A stretch of 64,000 bases of DNA. Origin: Candidatus Latescibacterota bacterium (GTDB lineage Bacteria; Latescibacterota; UBA2968; UBA8231). Shown one piece after another: positions 1 through 9,289 of the stretch. The notes under the pieces were generated by a model, which worked only from the letters and a program-made list of their open reading frames with translations, was not told the DNA's origin and did no database searches. The stretch covers positions 576,001-640,000 of the forward strand of contig CBDCDC010000001.1 of the NCBI GenBank assembly GCA_965215195.1, written 5' to 3'. The position numbers and the translations under genes are program-made. The first letter of the stretch is position 1, and each line of letters opens with the position of its first letter.

Positions 1-1
1 T

Positions 2-382
2 TATCTGCGCGACAGCGGTGTCCTACACTTCCTACTGGGGATTGAAGACATGGCGGAACTGCCCATGCACCCGCGCTACGGCACTAGCTGGGAGGGGTTT
101 GCACTCGAACAGACGTTGCTCGCGCACGGTCAGGACCAAGCCTATTTCTACGCCACTCAACGCGGTGCCGAGCTGGATCTGCTGTTGCTGCGACGGGGAA
201 AACGCTGGGGTTTCGAGTTCAAATGCACCGACGCTCCGCGCACGACGAAATCCATGCGCATCGTCATCGAGGATTTAGGGCTCGAGCACCTGTGGGTGAT
301 CTATCCCGGCGACTTGGAGTACCCGCTCGCGCAGGATATAACGGCCCTGCCGTTGAAGAAAGTTGGCGACCTCGCGTTGTAG
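2..382 (+). CDS. AAA-family ATP-binding protein, C-terminal DUF4143 domain (5'-partial)
   Basis: Frame open from window start: YLRDSGVLH...SWEGFALEQ...GAELDLLL...GFEFK, typical DUF4143 motifs. Confidence 0.85.
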   Translation, partial: YLRDSGVLHFLLGIEDMAELPMHPRYGTSWEGFALEQTLLAHGQDQAYFYATQRGAELDLLLLRRGKRWGFEFKCTDAPRTTKSMRIVIEDLGLEHLWVIYPGDLEYPLAQDITALPLKKVGDLAL

Positions 383-418
383 GCGACGAGGGGTTGCGCC
401 AAAACCTAGTGGCCGGTT

Positions 419-1849
419 TCACATCTCTAGCTGCTGGCGCAACAATTCTTGCACGAGCTGCGGGTTGGCCTTTCCCCGCGTCGCCCGCATCACTTGACCC
501 ATTAGAAATTGCACGGTTTTGTGGTTGCCGCCCTTGATTTTTGCGACGGCGTCGGGATGCGCGGCGATCACCTCGGCCACCGCTTGGTCGAGTTCCCCGC
601 TGTCGGAGATTTGCCCTAGGCCGCGTGCAGCGACAATCTCGGCCGGCGAGCCGCCCTGTTCCCACAGTTGGCCAAAGACTTCGCGGGCCGCGTTTTGGTT
701 GATCGCGCCCCTTTTGACTAAGGAGAGCAACTCCGCGAGCGCGGCTGGCTGGACCTCGACGTCCTCAATCGACCGGCCCTCGGCGTTGAGGCGGCGAAAA
801 ACTTCCCCGGTGATCCAGTGGCCCACCTGTTTGGGGTCTGCGCCTCGTATCTGTGCGGCCTCTTCGAAATACGCAGCTACGGCTTGGTCTTCGACCAAGT
901 CGGCGATCTCCTGTGGGTTGAGTTCGTAGGTAGCGGCAAAGCGCACGGCCTTGGCCGCCGGCAGCTCGGGTACGCTGGCGCGGACTCTGGCGATCCACTC
1001 GTCGTCTAACTCCGCGACGAGCAGGTCTGGCTCCGGGAAGTAGCGGTAGTCGTCCGAGGTCTCTTTGCTGCGCTGCGGACGAGTGATATTGGCGCGTTCG
1101 TCCCAGCCCATGGTCTCTTGCTGGACGTGGCCGCCGGCTTCGACAATGCGTTGCTGGCGCTCGGCTTCGCAGGCGATGGCGCTGCGCACGGCGCGGAAGG
1201 AATTGAGGTTTTTGACCTCGACCTTGGTGCCCAATTCGCGGCTTCCCACAGGTCGGATCGAGATGTTGGCCTCGCAGCGCATGGCCCCTTTCTCCATGTC
1301 GCCAGAGGACGCGCCTAGGTAGCGGACGATCTGGCGGATCTGGGTCAGGTACGCATAGCTCTCGTCGGCCGAGCGGAGCGAGGAGTCGGTGACGATTTCC
1401 ATCAGAGGTACGCCGGCGCGGTTGTAGTCTATCAGGCTAGCGCGGCCGGCGTGCTGGAGCTTGCCGGTGTCCTCTTCGAGGTGGACGCGGACGACCCCGA
1501 TCTGCTTGGGGCCGCTCTCGCTGTCGATCTCGATCCAACCGCTCTCGCACAGGGGTTGCTCGTATTGCGAGATCTGGTAGCCCTTGGGCAAGTCGGGATA
1601 GACGTAGTTTTTGCGCGCAAAGACGCTGCGGGGCTTGATTTGGCAATGGAGGGCCATGCCGGTCATAACCGTCAGCTCGACAGCGCGACTGTTGATCGCG
1701 GGCAAGGCACCGGGCTGGCCGGTACACACCGGGCAGATATGGGCGTTGGCCGCCACCTGAAAGTGATCGGCCGCGCAGGCGCAAAACATCTTGGAGGCGG
1801 TTTGCAACTCGACGTGGACTTCCATGCCGATGACGGTTTCGTAGCGCAA
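419..1849 (-). CDS. gatB: Asp-tRNA(Asn)/Glu-tRNA(Gln) amidotransferase subunit B
   Basis: [40 protein letters not shown]-terminal [13 protein letters not shown]. Confidence 0.98.
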   Translation of the reverse strand: MRYETVIGMEVHVELQTASKMFCACAADHFQVAANAHICPVCTGQPGALPAINSRAVELTVMTGMALHCQIKPRSVFARKNYVYPDLPKGYQISQYEQPLCESGWIEIDSESGPKQIGVVRVHLEEDTGKLQHAGRASLIDYNRAGVPLMEIVTDSSLRSADESYAYLTQIRQIVRYLGASSGDMEKGAMRCEANISIRPVGSRELGTKVEVKNLNSFRAVRSAIACEAERQQRIVEAGGHVQQETMGWDERANITRPQRSKETSDDYRYFPEPDLLVAELDDEWIARVRASVPELPAAKAVRFAATYELNPQEIADLVEDQAVAAYFEEAAQIRGADPKQVGHWITGEVFRRLNAEGRSIEDVEVQPAALAELLSLVKRGAINQNAAREVFGQLWEQGGSPAEIVAARGLGQISDSGELDQAVAEVIAAHPDAVAKIKGGNHKTVQFLMGQVMRATRGKANPQLVQELLRQQLEM

Positions 1850-1912
1850 GGGGTGCTCCTTGGGGCGTTAGTAGGTTAGGGCGCGTTGATAGGCTCTGTA
1901 TCGTAGCGACCG

Positions 1913-2449
1913 CTATAACAAGCCTTTTTCTTTAATCAGCTCATTGGAAATCCCCGATTTTACTTGAATGCCTTTGTAACTCCAGTTCGTTAGAACCGTA
2001 CGTGCTTTTTTGGGGACTACAATAGCATTCACCGCTTCTCCGTAGCGGCCAGTGGAATTATACTCCCAGATCAAGATAATCATTCGATAGGGCAATTTCC
2101 CCGTTTTTGCTTGCCTTTCAGTCAGTGGCGCAACAGTAAAGGTCAGGGTTGAGCGGTCGCTGCGTACCGTCTTTAGGTCAAAGTTCAAGGGCTCTTCAAA
2201 GTCGGGACTTTGGGAATCGTTCCGAGCAAACTTAAAGTCCTGTTCGATGAAAAATTCTGCCAAGTCTTTTTCCCAGAGCTTGCTATTCCCCTGTCGCTCT
2301 TGGGGGTCTTCTATCTGAATGGTGCGCTTTGCAAGCAAGTATTCGAGAATCAGGTCTTCTAATTTTTTCAATGGAATTTCTGTGTGCTTGGGACGCAAGT
2401 ACTTGAGAATGAGTCTGCCCAATTTTTTGAATGGAATCGCCATTAGCAT
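1913..2449 (-). CDS. Putative PD-(D/E)xK restriction endonuclease
   Basis: SPDFEEPLNFDLKT (PD...DxK) motif, AT-rich, directly downstream of a DNA methyltransferase; start (2449 or 2443) uncertain. Confidence 0.6.
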   Translation of the reverse strand: MLMAIPFKKLGRLILKYLRPKHTEIPLKKLEDLILEYLLAKRTIQIEDPQERQGNSKLWEKDLAEFFIEQDFKFARNDSQSPDFEEPLNFDLKTVRSDRSTLTFTVAPLTERQAKTGKLPYRMIILIWEYNSTGRYGEAVNAIVVPKKARTVLTNWSYKGIQVKSGISNELIKEKGLL

Positions 2450-2459
2450 CCCGATCAAT

Positions 2460-4985
2460 TCACTCTGACCCGTTTTTGGACATTTTTGGACGGACTTTAG
2501 TCCAACGAAACATGATCGCCTCATTCAGAGCGGCCTTGATTTCCTTTTGGAAGCTGTGAATTTTATCGCCGCTGTACCCAAACCCTCTTAAAAATAGCTC
2601 GTCAATTTGGTTGATGAGGCGATGGGCTTTTTCGTCTTTTCGGTCTTGAACAGCCAAAATGGGATCCATGATGTTCAGTAATTCTTCTCTTATGTTTGAA
2701 GGAAATGAAGCAAAATCGGGACACGGCAAATTGTTGAGGTGACCAACTTGGATTTTCAACATAAAGCTACCATCAAATCGCGCACGGTGAAGTCCGCTAC
2801 CCTCTAGCAATAGATGGGCAATTCTACTAGAGAGAAACAGAAAGAGGAGCATGTCGAGCTCGTGGTCTCCAGAGGGTTCGATAACTTGAAATTGATCGGT
2901 TGCATAAATGCTAAATTTGTTCCAGAAGACGCCAATGGTTGTATCGACGATACATTGAACAGCAATGGCTGGAGGGTTGGGCAGCGAGAGTGTATACCAC
3001 TCTGGGTAATGGCCTTTAATGGACATTCGATTAGCCAAGTTTTCGGCTCTAGCGCCGTATTCCTGAATGTACTTGAAAACGGGTTCGCTTTCGTTTACTC
3101 GACTGTATAAGTTCAGCAATCTAAAGGGAGTGCGCCGAGGAATGACAAAGCCGCGCAGGCCACGCGAATTTTTTACTGCGGCGACCAAGTGCTTAGGGGA
3201 AACGTTTGCGAAAAAGTTCAGAAATGGCTCGCGATCTTCTCGCAACAGAAAAAAGGCATTCCAACCTGTTTTTACGCCCATTTTAGTTCGAGTATATCGA
3301 GACAATGTAGCAGGGCAAAGGGAAATCAACTCTTTGCGGGTTTGCGTTTGAAAGAAAAGCGTCTCGGTCCAGTTATCAGAGCGTGCGAGTTCCCGCCGTT
3401 TTACGGGGCGGCCCTCAGTTGTACTCAGAGGCTGTTTCCAATCAGAAAGATGACTAAAGAGAAGACTGTCACCATCAGGTTTACCTCGGTTTAAGGTCAG
3501 GATGACGGTATTCGCTTTCGCCTTCATACCCGATTGGGTAAAGGGGTGGGTATGCAGTGTGAATACATGGCGTAAATCGACCTCGTTGGTCAAGTGATGC
3601 CGTATGGATTTTCCGTACTTAGTATCAAAGAAGTTGCGAGACGTGATATACGATAGGACTCCCTCGCGATTGAGGATTTCAATGCCGCGCAATATGAAGA
3701 ACGTGCTTAAGTCCGATGTAGGTTTAAGCGGGTAGGTAGGATTAGCGGCATTCCAATGCTCGATGAATTCGCGTTTGCCGCGAATGCTATTCTGCTGGCT
3801 TAGAGGGACGAAAGGCGGGTTTCCCAGAGAAATATCAAATCCGTCAAACTGGCTCAGAAAAGACCGCACGTCTGCTTGCCTCAGAGCAGCAGGTGCGTCA
3901 TCAAATATGGAGAGTTGGTAACTAGGACTGGAGGACGAAAGCGGGACGAGGGCATTGCCTACTCTTAGGTTGTTCAGAGGTGCTAAGGCGCAATTTGGCG
4001 GCGAGGTGGATAACAGTGCTCGCTCCAGTAGCCACAGACGCAATTTGGCTAAATCGAGGGCTTGGGGCGCAATATCTATCCCGTAGATGTTTTGCTCGAA
4101 TATCTTTCTTATGATAGGTGCCTTAGAACAGTTGTTTGTGTGCAATAGGGAGGTAAACTGAAAAAAGTCCACGAGAACGTTCGCGGCCGCTACCAGAAAG
4201 GCCCCAGCCCCTACTGCCGGGTCAATTATCCGTACGGTTTTCAGCGAGCGCTCGATCCAAACGAGGACATCGGGGTGGCGGTTTGCATAGCTCCGGCGAG
4301 CTGCTTTATCAGTGCGTGAGAAAGCCTGCAAGAGCAGGTCGGCAGTCTTAAATTCTCTGGTATATTTGCTTAGCAACCAGTTTTCAATGGCGTGGCGGGC
4401 AATGTTATAACAAAGGTCGTCGGGCGTAAAATACGTTCCTGTCTCCTTGCGATTGATGCCGCGTTCGTATAGATAACCTAATATCCATGGCTCGATGTTG
4501 GGCAGAAGATTCTCATCGGGTGTTGTATCAGTAGTGGAAAGATGCCAATTGTACTTGGGAAAAACGCCACATATAAGTTGATGTAACCGCTCGCTATTAA
4601 CTGTTGTCGCCGCAGTAAAGGGCAGTGCAAACACCGCTTTGTCCAGATAGGGGAGCCCTTGAAAAAGTGGATGCTCGCTAAACGCCGGCGTTCTGCAATC
4701 GAGAGGAACGGAGAGAATTTGATCGAATAATATCTCGACGAAGTCCTCGTAGAGGTCCTGCCCCTTTGCGAGTATCATTTGCGCGGCGTTCTGAAGATAG
4801 TTTTCCCTCTTTGTTCCCAAGTATCCATTTTCTTGTAAAAACTGTACGAATATCAGACGTGATACGATAGCGACTTCCGCCGCATTCCGCTCGGGTCCCT
4901 GCACAATAAGCCCCGGCGCATGTTTTTTGAGATCGCCAAATAAAAGCAGTGAGCTATCCTGCGTTTCGTTTGCTCGCTGGGGCAT
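2460..4985 (-). CDS. N6-adenine DNA methyltransferase, Eco57I/TaqI-like gamma class with C-terminal TRD
   Basis: GTYFTP, motif I IIDPAVGAGAFL, IYGIDI, motif IV GNPPF; AT-rich insert. Confidence 0.9.
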   Translation of the reverse strand: MPQRANETQDSSLLLFGDLKKHAPGLIVQGPERNAAEVAIVSRLIFVQFLQENGYLGTKRENYLQNAAQMILAKGQDLYEDFVEILFDQILSVPLDCRTPAFSEHPLFQGLPYLDKAVFALPFTAATTVNSERLHQLICGVFPKYNWHLSTTDTTPDENLLPNIEPWILGYLYERGINRKETGTYFTPDDLCYNIARHAIENWLLSKYTREFKTADLLLQAFSRTDKAARRSYANRHPDVLVWIERSLKTVRIIDPAVGAGAFLVAAANVLVDFFQFTSLLHTNNCSKAPIIRKIFEQNIYGIDIAPQALDLAKLRLWLLERALLSTSPPNCALAPLNNLRVGNALVPLSSSSPSYQLSIFDDAPAALRQADVRSFLSQFDGFDISLGNPPFVPLSQQNSIRGKREFIEHWNAANPTYPLKPTSDLSTFFILRGIEILNREGVLSYITSRNFFDTKYGKSIRHHLTNEVDLRHVFTLHTHPFTQSGMKAKANTVILTLNRGKPDGDSLLFSHLSDWKQPLSTTEGRPVKRRELARSDNWTETLFFQTQTRKELISLCPATLSRYTRTKMGVKTGWNAFFLLREDREPFLNFFANVSPKHLVAAVKNSRGLRGFVIPRRTPFRLLNLYSRVNESEPVFKYIQEYGARAENLANRMSIKGHYPEWYTLSLPNPPAIAVQCIVDTTIGVFWNKFSIYATDQFQVIEPSGDHELDMLLFLFLSSRIAHLLLEGSGLHRARFDGSFMLKIQVGHLNNLPCPDFASFPSNIREELLNIMDPILAVQDRKDEKAHRLINQIDELFLRGFGYSGDKIHSFQKEIKAALNEAIMFRWTKVRPKMSKNGSE

Positions 4986-4988
4986 TTT

Positions 4989-6866
4989 TCAGGCAAAGAG
5001 GACGTGCTGGCGGAGGAAGGCCTCGCAGGCTTGGTAGAAGGCCCGCACCGTCTCGGGTTTGCGCCAGCCATGGCCCTCGCCTTCGTACAGATGATAGACG
5101 TGCGGTATGTTGCGCCGGCGCAACGAGGCCGCGATCTCCGCGGCTTGGGCCGGGGGCACGACTTGGTCATCGGTCCCCTGAAAGATGGCGATTGGGTCGC
5201 GTAGCTGGTCAGCGGCGTAGATCGGCGAGCGCTCGCGATAGACTTCAGCCGCTTCGGGCAGCGGGCCGATCATGGAGTCGAGGTAGCGGGATTCAAATTT
5301 GTGGGTGTCTGCGGCGAGAGTGAAGAGGTTGGCCACGCCGTACAGGCAGATGCCAGCGCGGAAAAAGCCGGGCCGCGTGGTGAGCGCCCGCAAGACCGTG
5401 TAGCCACCGGCACTGCCGCCCATGATGACGAGGCGCTCCGGGTCGGCGAGGCCGCTGGCGACGAGGTGCTGGGCACCGCCGCTGGCGTCTTCGACATCGA
5501 GGAGGCCCCAACGGGTGCGCAGGGCACTCATGTACGCTCGGCCCCGGCCGGTGCTCCCTCGGTAGTCAATGTCGAGGACGGCAAAGCCACGAGTAGCAAA
5601 AAACTGATTGGTGGCCTCAAAGCCGGTCTCGACTTGGCCGGTGGGGCCGCCGTGGATTACGACGATCAGCGGCGGTCGGCCTTGGCCGGTAAAGCGGCGG
5701 CTGGCCGGAGGATAGTACAGCCCGTGAACTGGCGTGGCGTCTTCGCTGGCCCAAGAAACCGGCTCGGGCGTGGAGAGATCGGCCGGGGCCAGCGACTCGC
5801 TGGCCGAGCGAGCGCGGACTGTTACTTGGGTGGGAGTACCGGCGACAATGCGGGCGGGGATCGCGCTGGCCGCGGCAATGCAGGCCAAACCCTTGCCGCG
5901 CGGGGCCGCAGCGAGCTGTTCGATGTGGGTGTACGCGGCCAGCGCCTCGACCCTGGCGACCGCCCCACTGGCGAAGTCGAGCGCGTAGGCTAGGCGCTGG
6001 GCGTTCTCGCTGCGCACGAAATACAAGGTGCGGCTATCGGCGGCCCACGCGAATGCCCGCAGACCCTGCACCCAAGCAGGACCGGCGACGTCGCTGGCGT
6101 CCTCGCACAGGCAGCGCGTGGCACGGCTGGCGAGGTCGCAGCACCAGAGGTTGCTGTAGCCGCGTTCGTCCGAGGCATAGGCCAGATAGCGGCCATCGGG
6201 CGAAAAACAAGGCTGGGCAATGGCAGTGTCCGCGTCGCCGGCAAGTACCTCGGTTGTGCGCAGGCTGGGCAGCCCGTGGCGGCTGCGCGCAAGCTGGCCC
6301 AGCACTAGGCGGGTGCCGTCCCAAGGCATTTGCGGATGATCCCACTCGATCCAGGCCAAGCGGTCGCCTCTGGGGTGCCAAGCTGGCTGCATGTAGAAGT
6401 CGGCCCCCTCCGCGAGGATTTGCGGCCAAAAGCGCCCGGCCACATCGACGATGGCTAAGGTGTCGCGGCCCTCGTAACTGTGGACGTACGCGAGATGACG
6501 CCCTGTTGGCGCAGGCGCAGGAGACGCAGCGTGGCCAAACTGGGGGGTGATCGACTGGGCTGAGCCGCCGGCTAGCGGCTGGCGGTACAGGCGACCGCCG
6601 TGCTCGACGAAGTACGCGTGGCCGCGGGCTACGGCGAAGTCGCCGCCGCCGTAGCCGACTTGAGCGCGCACCGAGAGTGCGGCGTTGAGGTCGCGCGGGG
6701 CAGTGCCCGGCTCTTGGCAGACGAGCACGCCCTGTGGTCCTCGGCCCTCCAGCCACACGAGGGTGCGGCCGTCGGCATCCCAAGCCACATCGCGGAGGCG
6801 CGTGGAGTTGGCCAACTCGTCGGGCGAGAGTGCGCTCGGCCACAAGCCAAAGGGGCGGACTTCCAC
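4989..6866 (-). CDS. S9 family (prolyl oligopeptidase-like) peptidase
   Basis: Beta-propeller N-terminus, IHGGPT, GGSAGG nucleophile elbow, GEGHG. Confidence 0.93.
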   Translation of the reverse strand: MEVRPFGLWPSALSPDELANSTRLRDVAWDADGRTLVWLEGRGPQGVLVCQEPGTAPRDLNAALSVRAQVGYGGGDFAVARGHAYFVEHGGRLYRQPLAGGSAQSITPQFGHAASPAPAPTGRHLAYVHSYEGRDTLAIVDVAGRFWPQILAEGADFYMQPAWHPRGDRLAWIEWDHPQMPWDGTRLVLGQLARSRHGLPSLRTTEVLAGDADTAIAQPCFSPDGRYLAYASDERGYSNLWCCDLASRATRCLCEDASDVAGPAWVQGLRAFAWAADSRTLYFVRSENAQRLAYALDFASGAVARVEALAAYTHIEQLAAAPRGKGLACIAAASAIPARIVAGTPTQVTVRARSASESLAPADLSTPEPVSWASEDATPVHGLYYPPASRRFTGQGRPPLIVVIHGGPTGQVETGFEATNQFFATRGFAVLDIDYRGSTGRGRAYMSALRTRWGLLDVEDASGGAQHLVASGLADPERLVIMGGSAGGYTVLRALTTRPGFFRAGICLYGVANLFTLAADTHKFESRYLDSMIGPLPEAAEVYRERSPIYAADQLRDPIAIFQGTDDQVVPPAQAAEIAASLRRRNIPHVYHLYEGEGHGWRKPETVRAFYQACEAFLRQHVLFA

Positions 6867-7241
6867 TCAGCGTTGCTCCATTAGCTCGATCTTGACGTGG
6901 TCCGGGCCATTGATAAAGACGATGCGGCTGCCGTCATCGAGCGTCACCGGCCCCATCCAGATCTCGACGCCGTGCTCGGCGATGTCGGCGAGGGTTTGAT
7001 CGAAGTCGTCGGAGACGAGCGCAAGGTGGTCATAGCCCTGATAGCGCCCCAATTCCATCGGGGCAAACTCGCGGTCCGTGACCGTGATTTGCACCGCGCC
7101 AATGTGAACCGGGACCCACGTCGCACCGCCGCGCTCAAAGGGCGGATCGCTGGTGGCGCCGAAGAGCTTTTTGTACCAGGCGACCGCGGCCTGGACGTCG
7201 CCGGCCTCGTGGTGGATGTGGTTGAAGGTGTAGTTGGGCAT
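6867..7241 (-). CDS. VOC/glyoxalase family protein
   Basis: FNHIH...DHLAL...GPDHVKIELM metal-ligand pattern. Confidence 0.88.
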   Translation of the reverse strand: MPNYTFNHIHHEAGDVQAAVAWYKKLFGATSDPPFERGGATWVPVHIGAVQITVTDREFAPMELGRYQGYDHLALVSDDFDQTLADIAEHGVEIWMGPVTLDDGSRIVFINGPDHVKIELMEQR

Positions 7242-7312
7242 GGGGAATCCTTTCTTTTGTGCGCCCGAAAGTTCGCAAAAAGGGCACTACTGTCAAGGGA
7301 GCTTAGCTCGCG

Positions 7313-8131
7313 TCACAGGGCGGCGGCAAGGCCCTTGAGGTAGTGCAGGCTGCCGGCGGCAATGGTGCGCGGATCCGGGCTAAAATCGAACACTTCCACC
7401 GAGACGTAGCCCTGATAGTCCAGCTCCGTTAGCGTCCGCAGGACGCTGGCGAAGTCGGTGTTGCCAAAGCCCGGGCCGCGCTTGTTGGCGTCGTTGACGT
7501 GGACGTGATAGAGGTGCTGGCCGGAGTCGCGCAAAAGCTGGGCGAGCGGAATTTCCTCGGTTGAGCCGGAGCACACATCGACCATGGTTTGGAAGTGCGG
7601 GTGGTCGATCTCGGCGACCATTTTGCGCGCTTCCGCACAGGTAGAGACGATGTTCGTCTGTTCCTTGCTCAGGGACTCTATGCACAGATAGACGCCGTGC
7701 TGTTGGGCCAACTCCAAGCTGTCTTCAAACGCCCCGCGCATGCGGTTCCAGCACGCTTGGTAATCCCACCCCTCCTGCACGTTGCGCTGCATGGGCGAGC
7801 CAATGACCATCACTCGGCCGCCGAGGTCGCCGCAAAATTGGACTAACTCCTTGAAGTACGCGCAGGTGCGCTGGTAAATGGCCGGGTCGGGATGGGTGAT
7901 GTACAGCCCGTCGGGGCTGGCTAAAAGCCAGTGCAGACCGGCGATTTCCACGCCAGCGCGTTCGGCGGCCGCGCGGATTTGGGCGCGGCGCACCGCCGGG
8001 ATGTCTTCGACGCTGTCGGCGAGGGTAAAGGGGGCGATTTCCACGGCGGCGTATCCGAGGTCAGCCGCATAGTCGAAGACCTCTTCGATGGGCCAGTCGG
8101 TGAAGTACTCGTTACAAGTGGCGAATTTCAT
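7313..8131 (-). CDS. Sugar phosphate isomerase/epimerase (xylose isomerase-like TIM barrel)
   Basis: GYAAVEIAP, HVHVND, GPGFG, YQGYVSVEVF. Confidence 0.88.
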   Translation of the reverse strand: MKFATCNEYFTDWPIEEVFDYAADLGYAAVEIAPFTLADSVEDIPAVRRAQIRAAAERAGVEIAGLHWLLASPDGLYITHPDPAIYQRTCAYFKELVQFCGDLGGRVMVIGSPMQRNVQEGWDYQACWNRMRGAFEDSLELAQQHGVYLCIESLSKEQTNIVSTCAEARKMVAEIDHPHFQTMVDVCSGSTEEIPLAQLLRDSGQHLYHVHVNDANKRGPGFGNTDFASVLRTLTELDYQGYVSVEVFDFSPDPRTIAAGSLHYLKGLAAAL

Positions 8132-8185
8132 GCGGGGTGCTCCTTGGGGGGTTGGGTGCGGCGACGCTTTGGGCCGGATGATGGT

Positions 8186-9088
8186 TTATTCGCATACGAC
8201 GCCGTCGCCATCTGCGTCGTACATAAATGAATAAGCCGAGTGATTGCTTGACACCGGAGCTATGCCATGCTGTCGCGCCTCCGCGCACGTGATGCGCCCG
8301 TTGCCGTCATCGTCATACTCGCTAAGGGCATCTGAGCTTGTCAGCGCAACTTCAGGCGGATCGCCGGGTTGCCAGTTATCGTAAAACTCGCTAAGCGCAT
8401 CTGAGCTTGTCAGCCTAACTTCCGAGACCTCGGACGCACAATCCATAAACTCCATCTCGACCGAGGAACAGGCCGCCAGTATGCGCTCTAGTGCTTCGGC
8501 CTCCCGGCGGTCAATAGTGAGGCCATACTTTTGCCGCACTGCGACGATGCGCTGGGCAAACCAACACTTATTTATAGGCGGTAGCCATTCGGCCCCGTCG
8601 TAGTGCTGCTTATGGCGGCGGTTTAATTCAGGGCTGGCCAGCGTCAGATTGAGCGGATCGGCCGCAAAGGCCCGGCGAGTGGAATCAGGGGCCGCGCACA
8701 GTCCGCTATCGTGCGCCTCGGAAAGCGCGACGATGTGCTCAATGTCCGTTTCCCCCCGGCTAGCAAAACAGCGTTCCGTGTAGGGGCTGTAGATGCTGCC
8801 GAGTTCTTCGATAATAGCAAGCTCGACAGACTGCGGGTAGTGATAGTCGCTACGATCATACGGGGAACATCTGCTTTCGGGCCGAATCTCGATTCCCTGC
8901 CAGTGACTCGCTGCATTCCCAATCGCATGGTCTTGGCCATCGTGCTCCTGTGCAGTAGTGAGTTTCCCCCGTCGATAGCTGTCTGTATTACCAGTATGAT
9001 CTCTACTGCCGTCAATGGGATTGTCATCGTCGCCGCAGGCGATGAACAGGGCATTGGCGAGCAAAATAGTGTATTTGCAGACTCTCAT
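8186..9088 (-). CDS. Lipoprotein with DUF1524 (HNH-like) nuclease and C-terminal Excalibur Ca-binding domain
   Basis: Lipobox LFIAC; DIEHIVALSEAHDSG, NLTLASPELNRRHK, EWLPP; CAEAR...DADGDGVVCE. Confidence 0.8.
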   Translation of the reverse strand: MRVCKYTILLANALFIACGDDDNPIDGSRDHTGNTDSYRRGKLTTAQEHDGQDHAIGNAASHWQGIEIRPESRCSPYDRSDYHYPQSVELAIIEELGSIYSPYTERCFASRGETDIEHIVALSEAHDSGLCAAPDSTRRAFAADPLNLTLASPELNRRHKQHYDGAEWLPPINKCWFAQRIVAVRQKYGLTIDRREAEALERILAACSSVEMEFMDCASEVSEVRLTSSDALSEFYDNWQPGDPPEVALTSSDALSEYDDDGNGRITCAEARQHGIAPVSSNHSAYSFMYDADGDGVVCE

Positions 9089-9150
9089 GTATGATCTCCT
9101 CGTTGGGGGACGGAAACGCCCAATCCGCCTCGGCGACTGACCGCTTGGGA

Positions 9151-9198
9151 CTGTAACCTAAAGGAAACAGAATACTGTAACCTAAAGGAAACAGAATA
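9151..9198. repeat. Perfect 24-bp tandem duplication
   Basis: CTGTAACCTAAAGGAAACAGAATA x2 (9151-9174, 9175-9198). Confidence 0.95.
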
Positions 9199-9289
9199 GG
9201 GAATCAAAGGATACACTAGCCACTGTCTCCTCCACTGACTCGCCTCGTGGCACGGTCATTGCAAGAGTCCAGACAAAGGAGGCAGGACT

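Noticed and set aside
9151-9198. Possible CRISPR mini-array (also 34155-34198)
   Set aside because: Only two abutting copies, no spacers, no cas genes
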